64,000 nt of DNA from NCBI GenBank assembly GCA_012295275.1, contig CM022665.1:41230001-41294000 (forward strand), given 5' to 3'. Below, in pieces: positions 53,293 to 64,000 of this stretch (position 1 is the stretch's first letter; the number at the start of each line of letters is the position of its first letter). The notes beneath the pieces were generated by a model that was not told the origin of the DNA, searched no databases, and saw only the letters and a list, made by a program, of their open reading frames with translations. Source of the DNA: Chrysomallon squamiferum. Its lineage: Eukaryota > Animalia > Mollusca. The position numbers were made by a program, and so were the translations under genes.

Positions 53293-53533
53293 TATATTCA
53301 AAGCATTAATAATAACAAAAACAACAACTGTTGTACCAGTAGTAATGGTAATATTACTATTATGTATAATAATAAAAGTTTAAAACACACGCTCATCAGT
53401 TTCTGTTATTGATAGATATTCAAAGCATTAATAACAAAAAAAACAACTGTTGTACCCAGTAGTAATGGTAATACTACTATTATGTATAATAATAAAAGTT
53501 TAAAACACGCTCATCAGTTTCTGTTATTGATAG
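53293..53533. repeat. ~121-bp tandem duplication
   Basis: ATATTCAAAGCATTAATAA...CTGTTATTGATAG twice with small indels. Confidence 0.92.
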
Positions 53534-55379
53534 AGACTTAGGAAGAGAAAAAAATGTATGAATGGATTCAAAAGGTCACATTAATTTGGCAATTGGGGAA
53601 TGATGTTTCAAATGACAGGTGTGCAACAACACTGATCGAAATTCAAAAGCTGCTGCTTCAAATTAACAAAAACGAATTGTGAAACGGTGTCAGACAAATC
53701 GAAACAAAATCAGATACGCTTCTGAAGTCGCCGTGTTCAGTCACAAACATACGCGCGCACACACGCAGCTGTATATATGCGTGATCATAATTATTTAAAC
53801 ATAACTGAAGCTAAATTGTATATTTGTTTTGAAAATGTTGATAATTTATCAGACAAAAATAACAGAGAAATTTGAGAAAAAACAAGCCATAAAAACATAA
53901 CCCCCCAGCTTTTTTCTACAAAAGATGAAGATGATGATATATTTAAAAGTTATATCTTTGCGTACGAAAATTCTCTGTATCGTTATCTCGTCCTCATAAA
54001 TTAGACAAAAGAGACTTTTAAATGGACTAGTAATGTATATTTGTCATTATTAGAACTGACGAAGACGAACTCAAATCAACAACGAACGTCCATGCCGGAA
54101 GAAATGAATCTTTGCTAATAATAGAATCTATCAAACAGGCTAATCAAGTAATTGTAATTATAGTGGTTTTATGCCGTGATGAAGTGATTGTCATTATTTG
54201 TTGTTGTTGGTTTTTTTGTTGTTTTTTAAAATACGTTTCGTGTAAAATATTAAACAATAAATTTCTGGAATATTTAATAGATCATATTTATCAGCTCTAC
54301 CACCCACTTATAAATAATTCTTCAATTTATCCAAAATGCATTTATACACACATGATAAATACACAAATAGATAAATGTATTTTACATGCATATATACGTG
54401 CATACACACATACATACATATATACATATACCCACCTACCTACCTACATAAATACATAGATACAAAAACACAGAGAAAGAGAGAGGACTTGCAATTACAT
54501 ATAAAAAAATTCCATAAATATACACAAACATACGTACAAGTAAAAACACATAGAAATATACCAACAAACCCTCGCTCACCACAACAACAATAACAAAACA
54601 ACCCCACCTAAAAATAAAACCTACAAAAAAAAAAAAAAAAAAAAAAAAAGAAACAAAAACACGACTCTTACACTTTTTATTTTTATATTATAAAAAGAAA
54701 AAAGAGATATATGGATGCATTACAACACATTTACAGGGAAAAACGAATCGCTATCCTCAACAAGATTAATTCAGATTAATGTGGATGCGAACACGCTAAG
54801 CCTTCTTCTGTTACAAAGAATAATCTTGACAAACGTGTCGAGATAGTAATGCTGGTGTTTTCTTTTGTTTTACGTTCATTGTAGATATATATTTTTTTGA
54901 CACTTATTTCGTGCTTTTGACAGGTTAATTTATCGATTTCCTTGGGTTATTAATTAGTGTCTGAGCAATCACACAAATGCAATGATATATACATACATAC
55001 ATACACATACATACATACATACATATGACACATGTCGAGGTGTTAATTTGCACTAATATCTTGTTAACTGTTATAAAAAAGAAAAAGTATCTGAAAAACA
55101 AAATTCTGCATCTGTATCTTTGTCTGTGTATGTGTTTGTGCGCGCGCAATATTACCACTGTTTATACAGATAATAGAAAACAACGAAGACAGATAGATGT
55201 ATTAGATAGACAAGCAGTCATAATGATAGACAAAACCGATAGACAATCGGACTGTATAAATGATAGAAATATAATAGACTGAACAACACACACACACACA
55301 CAAATGATTATGAATTCTTTTTTTTAAATATTATATATTAAAACTATGTATCATCATTTTGATAGAAGGCAAAAAGATT

Positions 55380-55424
<45 letters not shown>

Positions 55425-55479
55425 TGTAGTAGTATGTCATAGTACGTTAGTAGTTATACTAGTAATAGTAGTTATAGCA

Positions 55480-55979
55480 CAGGTTGACATTCAAAACCTG
55501 AGGAGTGCCGGATTTGCAAAAATGTCGGATTTTTTTTATGGTTATTGTTGTATCTAAATGGTGTGATGGTTAACATTATTACACTTTACAATGTTTAGTG
55601 GGACCGGAATAAGGGAGATAGTATTATAATGACGTCACCGGGAGCGCGCGTTAGTTTTTGTTCGTAGCCATTTTTGAAACGAAATAAACTGTTTGGAAAC
55701 TGAAATGACCTTTATGTTTTAATGTTAAAACATAACAGTTATATATGCTGTATATATTTAACAGAAAATTACTAACTATATACAGCAGCAAATAAATGAT
55801 AGAATAAATGAAATGAGCAGGAATGCCTGTTAGCAGTATAGCGTCATCAAAACATAAACGGCGCCTCCAGAAAACATTTGGCGCGCCAACACGGTAAATT
55901 TGAAAATGCGCTCCGAAATCCATGCGGGAAATCTAAAGGAACCGGATTTTCGATAGCCGGATTTTTTAATGTCAACCTA
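55480..55979. mobile_element. Tc1/mariner/pogo-like MITE, about 500 bp
   Basis: TIRs AGGTTGACATT(C/A)AAAA at 55481 and 55978, internal CCGGATTTT repeats, inserted in a (TAG)n-rich tract. Confidence 0.75.
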
Positions 55980-56683
55980 TAGTAGTAGCAGCAGTAGTAA
56001 TAGTAACTGTGGTTGCAATAGTAGAAATAATCTTAGTTGTGGTAGTTGTAGTAGTAGTAACGTTAGTTGTGGTAGTAGTAGTAGTTGTTGTTGTTGTAGT
56101 AGTAAAAGTAGTAGCATTAGTAGCAGTAACACGAGCGCCACTAATAACAAAGAATACAGTTTAACAATTTACTCTAAATGCTAGGGAAATATCGACTATT
56201 GTTGATTTACAAAAGCATTTTCTTTAGAATGAAAAAAATGTGACCTTTAACAATAAAAAAATGTCTTGATTGAAACAGCAGTAGCCATCAGTTATATGTC
56301 ATCTTAATTACAAAATGTATTTGATTTTTAAGTTACATTTAAAACCGTTCAAAATAAACACACGTTTTAAACTCGCTCGCTAAATCGATCTGATTATTGT
56401 TATTAACGTCCGATTTTTGATTACTGATATAGCGAAAAGGATTCCATCTATAAATAAAAAAAATAAATAATTAATACTTAATTTTAACAGACGCTTAAAT
56501 AATTAACAATGTTACAAAAATAGAACAAAAATTTAAAAAATTTTAATATTATAATTATTATAATAATGATAAAAATGTCGATAACCAAAGTAAATAACCA
56601 AAAATGGATACGTCATTGATGTAAATGTCTTCTCTATCTATCAGGGCATTTACTTTAATGCAAAAACCTGACGTCATAGCTAG

Positions 56684-56719
<36 letters not shown>

Positions 56720-56879
56720 GAAGTAATTAATAAATAGATGAATCGTTAATAATATCTCATTCTCAGTTTTAAAACAAATGGCAATTAATGTCAGAAGCTT
56801 ACTTTATATAGTTAAGAAAAACCATATATAGGACTGTTCATATATATACATACATACATACACACACAGATACACATAT

Positions 56880-56942
56880 GGCACCCATTCGCCCGCACTC
56901 CGAAGGCAAACGATGTTACCATTCGGCCATCGAGACAACCCC
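56880..56942 (-). mobile_element. tRNA-derived SINE head fragment (tentative)
   Basis: Minus strand GTCTCGATGGCCGAATGGTAACATCG with A-box-like TGGCCGAATGG; no B box or full cloverleaf. Confidence 0.3.
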
Positions 56943-56972
56943 AAAAAAGAATAAATAAATAAATAAATTCAG

Positions 56973-57081
<109 letters not shown>

Positions 57082-57724
57082 CTCTCTCGTATATGTATTT
57101 AGGAATAGAATACAATAGAAGTTTAAAAATTACCTGACCTATAATGTTTGTATTAAATATAATAATTAAAAGGTAATTCTGACAAGGTATCAGGCACAGA
57201 TATTTTCGTATAATCCATAAACAAATAATGATACCTTACAGAAATTATTAATTCTCATTTAGGAAACACCTGCGATCGCTGAAGGAAAACATCTCGACAG
57301 TTTTGTACTTTTCTTTTTTACTGTGCGTATTTGTGACTGTGCGTGTGTGCGCGCGCTTGTATGTGGCTACCATTATAATAACGTTTTGTTTCAGTTTTAT
57401 AATAAATCTGTGGTCTATTTAGAATATAATTTGTCTGTGTGTATGTGTGTGGGTATATGTGTGTGGGTATATGTGTGTGTATGTATTTGAGTGTGTGTGT
57501 ATCTGATGGGTGTCTGTGTGTATGTGTGTGTGTGTGGCTATATAGTGCGTTTTTCAGATTGAGCAAAAACTTTCTTACAGCGTCTAACATCACCCCAACT
57601 TTTCAACAACACCAGCCACAAGGACTTCAGTGGACCCTTGTTCTTTAGTATTATAATTATACTTATTTTTATTATTACTATAATTATTATTATTATTTAT
57701 TATTATTGTCGTTGTTGTGGTCGT

Positions 57725-57777
<53 letters not shown>

Positions 57778-59156
57778 TTATTATTATTATTATTATTATT
57801 TAGCTTTAAGCCTTTCGGTTCACTGGCATGCATTTATATCAAAACACGAACAAGCGACAAGTGACACAAAATGGAGGATGGACAGGTCGGATGTACCGTT
57901 ACTGCCCAGTTCTTTTCCCTTCAGCACTAAAACTCGTTTCCGCTGCTATTCACTAAAACTGTAATTATACAAAAGAGTTACTGCTTCTTTATTCCAACCA
58001 ACAAAGAGAATCGAAATAGCAAACATGACGTAAAATTACGTAATTATAATCAACATCAACAGTTACACGACGACATACAGATATAACAAACACGCACACA
58101 CGATTCGAGAGCACCTGTAAAAAAAAAATAACAATAATAAAGCATCAAAGCTAGCCATTTCATAAAAATTCACAAATCGTTGACAGCAGACGAATACTAG
58201 AAGAAAAAAGCGAAGACAAAAATGAAAAAAAAAAAAAAAAAATCATTAATTTTGTTTTACAATGGTATCCAAAGAACACGTCTGAACATCTTCTGGCAGA
58301 CGATTTGACAGAGCAAAATTCAATGTGCAAAACGCTGACTTCAATCAACTGATGGATATATAATTTACTGGATTTCGACAGGGAAAAAGACGAATACAAA
58401 TCAATGTCGATATATGATAGTTTTCCTGCGTTTTGTGAAACTGTCTTCGAGGTTTCGCATTTATTCTAAAACAGATAAAAATGTAGTGTTAAAACAGTGA
58501 CAGAAAAAGTACTGGTATGTATATTTTAAATGTTTTAATTACCTTTTTAACTACTTATCTGTCTCGCTGTCTGTCTGTATATTTTCAGGAAAGCAATTAA
58601 ATACAAACAGTGCATAGTTAGGTTGATGCAGAGATCGAACTATAGAGATAATTAGATAATCTGGTAGACAGACACCGAGACATATAGATAGACAGACGGA
58701 TAGACAGTCATGCAGACAAAGTAAATTAAACATAGACAACTAGATATTAACTGAAACAAATATTATTCATATTTTTGATACGATATCGAAATAAACGAAA
58801 CTAATATTTTACAAATCTTAAACAAAACAAAACGAAAAAACTGAAGAAGCTAAAAAAGTGAAGAAAACTATGTCTATAATATAAAGTCTTAATATGATAT
58901 TAGTTAATTTGAATGTCAGCTATCAACAACTAGAATAAATCAATGTTGTTGCTTTTTAAATACTATTTTTTCTGATTTGTATTGTGCAGATATATAAGTC
59001 TTACGTTTTCTTCTGAGCTGATTATTTGAAAATAAGATTTACTATATTAAAAAAAAAGAAAGGAAGAAAGAAAAGAAAAGAAACACACAAAAAAAAAAAA
59101 AAAAAGCGAGAAGGAAACGAAGAAAAATCCTGTGGGTTTTGTGGTTCTGCGTCATA

Positions 59157-59208
<52 letters not shown>

Positions 59209-60550
59209 ATAAATAAATAAATAAATAAATAAATAGAAGATAATAATAATAATCAAAAAATTTAAATAATGAAAGGGTTGTTGCTCTTCTTTTCAGTCTT
59301 CAACTGTTATATTTCAATAATTTATTCTTTTTACACCATATAAATGTGATATATTAAACACTATATATTTTTAAAAATCAAAAAAATGCTTTTGCTTTGA
59401 TTTTTTGTTTTGTTTTAAAACTTTCAGTTACGCATGTATGAATAACGTCGTAGGTAAATATAACTTGTCACGACCAAGCGATTTCTGAATGAAGTCGAAA
59501 TATCAAATATTGAAGCGTGGCAACAGGTAATAAAGAAAATACCCAGCTCATTACAAGAAGTTATGGCTTATAAGTCCCTTGTGATTTAATACTGCAGAAT
59601 ACTTAATAAAAACATTAATTCCTGAGCAACAATAATCTTTAATCCTCATAGCTCGTTAATGACTGTCTATGCATTCGATTCCATGTAATAAGTTGGTTCT
59701 GAAAGTAATGGAAACAAAAGCTTCAAAATCGAGAATACAATTTAGTACATGAATGCTGTTCAATTGTTTATAATTTATTAAAGAGTTTTTTAATATTCGT
59801 TTATAGGAGTGGATAATAATGCTTAGATTTATATGTACATTTAGTTTCTGTATATATATATATATATATATATAAGTGTGTGTGTGTGTATAGGTATATG
59901 TATCTGTATGTGTGTATGTCTATACGTGTGTGTATGTATATAGGTATATGTATGTATTTGTGTGTGTGTCTATATATGTGTGCGTGCGTTCGTGTGTGTG
60001 TGTATGTGTGTACATAAAACAGTATCCCATTGTCACCCCATACTCGTGTTATTCTTTGATTCCATTATATTCACATACAGAAAACATGTTCTCAGCACAT
60101 ACTGTTAACAAGTGTCTATAAACAGAACACAGTGAGACATATTTCATAATCAATATGTATGTATTAACGCGTTCTTTTTTGTGTCGGATAAAAATTAATG
60201 TTCCAATATAAAAACATATACATGTTTATTATCGTAACATTTACAATGGAAGATTTCCTTTCATACCTTCAAGTGTCGTTAAGGAAATATTAAACATTAT
60301 ATTTGCTTTTGTTAAATGGGATGGGCATTTTGTTCATCTTAATTATTATTTTTAAAATAAACAAGCATTTTAAATATTGCAGGTATTAAGAAGGAAAAAA
60401 GCATCAGACTCTTTTGTAACATAAAACATATATATGTTATTGCTAAGCTCATGTTATTGTTTTTGTTATGCTATTACTGTTATATCCTTCATGATTATTA
60501 CTGGTAGTTATGTCATATGGCTCTCTTTCATTTTTGAAAATTGTTATCAA

Positions 60551-60598
<48 letters not shown>

Positions 60599-60814
60599 CG
60601 CAGACATAATCATTATTATGTAATGCTAATTTTGTCATCATCATCATCATCATCATCATCGTTGTTCTTTTCTTCTTCTTCTTCTTATTATTATTATTAT
60701 CGCAATTATAATCATTATTATATATTTCAGCTTTTAATCATCATCATCATCACCATTCTTCTTCTTCTCCTTACTATTACTATTATTACTGCTACTACTA
60801 CTACTTCTATTACC

Positions 60815-60863
<49 letters not shown>

Positions 60864-61192
60864 GCAGTACAATCTCACACCACTGTCATTTGAATCAAAT
60901 TCATCAACAGTCTCTTTAGCTGTCATGTAATATTATGTCAAGCTGTATTGGCGTGGGACTCGCCATCTACAAGCTGTGATTGAAAACCAAGTACAACAGC
61001 ATCACTCGATAAACAAAGAAAAAAAAAAAAAAACCCAAGCACTGTCAAAGCAACGACAATATATCAGCCGTATCACTCTGAGATTTTGACTCAGTAAGGA
61101 AACGGAAAAGCGGAAGATCGGGAGAGCGGGAGAGCGGGAGAGCCAGAAAAGGAAGAACCATTTTTGCTCGAAGAGGGCAGGTGAAAGGATTT

Positions 61193-61295
61193 ATGGGTAC
61201 GATGCCGAGGAAGTGGGTTCGAGCGATGTGTTGGGTATACCTGACAATTACATTTCTTCACTTCATTAAATGTTCGTTCGCGTCTATAGCCACAG
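61193..61295 (+). CDS. Probable first coding exon (signal peptide) of an unidentified secreted or membrane protein gene; no further exon identified in the window
   Basis: MGTMPRKWVRAMCWVYLTITFLHFIKCSFASIAT then strong phase-1 donor CAG|GTAAGA; preceded by a CpG-rich leader with ATTGG and CGCCATCT motifs near 60947-60968. Confidence 0.6.
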
Positions 61296-62160
61296 GTAAG
61301 AATTTTTTTGTTTTGTTTTTTTTTGTTTTGTTTCAGTTTGTGTTGTTTTTATTAATGTACACAGACATACATACATCCATGGACATAAACATACACACAC
61401 TCACGGACATATAGACATGCATACATTCAAACATATATATAAATACATACAGACATGTGTAAGTACAGGCAAACATACATACTTTTATATACATGAAGAC
61501 ATGGATACTTTTATGTGCATAAATACATAAACTTAGACATATTTATACATGTATAAATACATATACACATACAGACATGCATACTTTGCATAAATACGCG
61601 GAAACATACACATACAAGCATACACACATACATACACAGATACATACTGTTAGTTCTCTAGTGCGATCAATTTCGCTCAATTTTTCTTTTATTTCGTCGA
61701 ACAGTTTTCTGATTTTATAACTATGCATCTAACCTCCTGGAGTTTTTAACTGTAAGATAAATTTCAAATCTGACGATTTACAGAGTACAGACTGTCTTTG
61801 TTACGTGTGTATTTAGGAATGAATATTTTGTGTCTTATGTGCGTCTGATCTGACCATGCACCTAGACAGTATTCACAATATAACTCAGGTGTATGTGTGT
61901 ATGTCTTCGCGAGTTACTGAAAGACTATTGCCTTCTGAAATACAGTATAATAGTGCAGTCGATGATTTTGAAAAAATTTAAGTCTATACGAAGGATGGCA
62001 GTTGTGAATGTTTCAGAAACAATTCACGTTGCCTGCTTTTCTTTCGTTCTACTTTTAAAATATAAACGTTTCAAATAATAAATAGGTGTTTATTTTTTTT
62101 GTATGACTTTAAATAAAAATTATTTTTCAAGTACAAATTAAAAATAACACACCTAAAGGA

Positions 62161-62198
<38 letters not shown>

Positions 62199-62787
62199 GT
62201 AAGCTTCTTGAAAAGCATTTTTAAATACAATTATGATTTAAAAATATTACATCCTGAACATTTGATCTCTCATTACAAAACAAAATCGTAGGAATTTAAA
62301 ATGATTTTATATACGATGACGCCCTTTTCATTTCCCCACTAGCTACAGAATATGTCTCTGCTTCCCTAATACTGAATTTACGACTTCTGTAACAATAGCA
62401 GTAAATGTCATTAAGTGGCTAGCCAGTACGGAAAATACGTAATGTCTTCAAAGCATTACGTGATGTTTATCGTGTGTGACAAGAAGTCGACAGATCACCG
62501 ATATGTTGAGTTCAATTAACTGTAGAAAATTACTTGTTTTTGTTCTCACACGCACTGCGTATCACTTTCTAAATTTAGTCAAAGTCTAAATAGCTTGTTT
62601 CTTGAAAGTTCAGAGATAAAAAAGAATTCTAATTATAACAATCAACTGATGTTGCAGATTATGTCATACGGCAACTGAATGACCATTGATACTGAAATTA
62701 GTGTTCCAACCCTATAAACACTGTTAATTTATCGATACATGTTATATAGGTTTTTCTTTCCTCAGTAGTTCATTTTAGAGAAAAGTA

Positions 62788-63091
62788 CAGGTACCGGACC
62801 AATTATCCGGACTCCATGGTGCCTGGGTCATTCCGGATTTCTGGATTTTCCGGTTTTCTGGTACCAAGGCATCTAAATACGTAAATAATTAGGCATAAAC
62901 ATTTTAAAATTAAAGAAAATTGACGTAAACAATGCGGCGAGTGAATGAATGCCACGCGGCTTGAAAGAGTAGTTCCGATCTGGTGAGGACAACACCTGTG
63001 CACTCGAACTATGAAAATAGCGTCGGGAAAAAACTTCCGGTTTTCTGGTCTTTCCGGATTTCAGGACGCCGGATAATTGGTCCGGTACCTG
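62788..63091. mobile_element. Young Tc1/mariner/pogo-type MITE, 304 bp
   Basis: Perfect 23-bp TIRs CAGGTACCGGACCAATTATCCGG, TA target duplication on both sides, internal TTCCGGTTTTCTGG repeats. Confidence 0.92.
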
Positions 63092-63397
63092 TAATAGTAA
63101 TTTAAAAAAAGTAATTGATGAAGATGATGTTGTTGATAATAATAATAATAATAACAAATGTTTAGAAAAAAGAAATTATTTTAATTTTATATTTGTTATT
63201 TATTTATTTGTTTATGTTAGATTCGATATTTATGATAGAAAAGAAATAAAATTAAAATAACAAAACAATTATACATTTTAAATAAAAAAGCCACCAAAGA
63301 ATCATAACTTAATAAAATTTTCGAACAGAGGCTGGAACCGGATTAAACGTAATTCAAAAATTTGCATATACTGGCAATTATTTCACATTCTCTAGAC

Positions 63398-63722
63398 CAG
63401 AGGCGAGCAAACTTTTTTAAAACAGGGACTGGATGCATCTTATAGGAAGAGCTTGAAGGCCAAAATATAAAATGAAAACAAAAAAAAAGATTTCAAAACG
63501 TGTATTTTATGTAAACAGTTTCGACATTACTGATTCGACGAGTGCCTTCGAGACGCCTTAAATTTTAAACTTGAGTTCAACTTGAATAAAAAAAAAAACA
63601 ACAATTGTGTCAACTGATTTTATTTCACTGACTTATATTTTGTTGTCTCGCAGGCCGGATACAATGTTAATTGTGAACAGTTTGGCGGGCCAGACAATAA
63701 ACCTTCGCGGGCCGGATCTGGC
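63398..63722. mobile_element. hAT (Charlie-like) non-autonomous element, right end truncated
   Basis: ctctagac|CAGAGGCGAGCAAACTTTTTT left end with nTCTAGAn target; GCGGGCCGGAT-type subterminal repeats at 63650-63720. Confidence 0.65.
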
Positions 63723-64000
63723 TAGATGAAATCTTATTAATTTTTGTCCGAGTATTTTACAAGTTAAGAATGAAATTCGTAAGACGAAATTATGCTAATT
63801 TGATATGCGGAAGTACTGCAGATGAGACATGATCGTAATTATTCAAAAAGTAAGAAAAAAATCTAACGAGTATTATGACGATACTCATACATGGCATATC
63901 CGTTACTAATATCTTTATTATGATTCTCTTGCCTTGTTATTTTCCCCACGGCGTTGATGATGCTGATTAATTATTTTTCTAAATAATACTATATTAGCAT

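Overview
AT-rich, microsatellite-dense, intron-rich animal genomic DNA, probably a lophotrochozoan such as a gastropod mollusc (inferred from gene content and repeats, not proven). All gene models were spliced by hand with phase checks. Contents in order: (1) the last four exons of a gustatory-receptor-like 7TM (Grl) gene on + (<1..4570, TY-x5-QF motif, three phase-0 introns); (2) an intronless secreted PAN/Apple-Sushi-galectin-like gene nested on the same strand inside a Grl intron (2163..3053), with an inverted twin downstream (6276..7160, -); the two share a ~99% identical 5' half but have strongly diverged lectin-like C-terminal domains; (3) a 9-exon gene with two cNMP-binding domains (-, 9853..25620); (4) SETD3 (-, 15 coding exons); (5) cyclin K (-), with a U12 minor intron containing a decayed antisense vertnin/OTU-like ORF, and a frame break before the Pro-rich tail; (6) a probable signal-peptide first exon of another gene (+, 61193..61295); plus several Tc1/pogo and hAT MITEs and local tandem duplications. 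The best candidate for an undescribed system is the Grl / inverted constant-variable lectin-pair locus at 1-7.9 kb.
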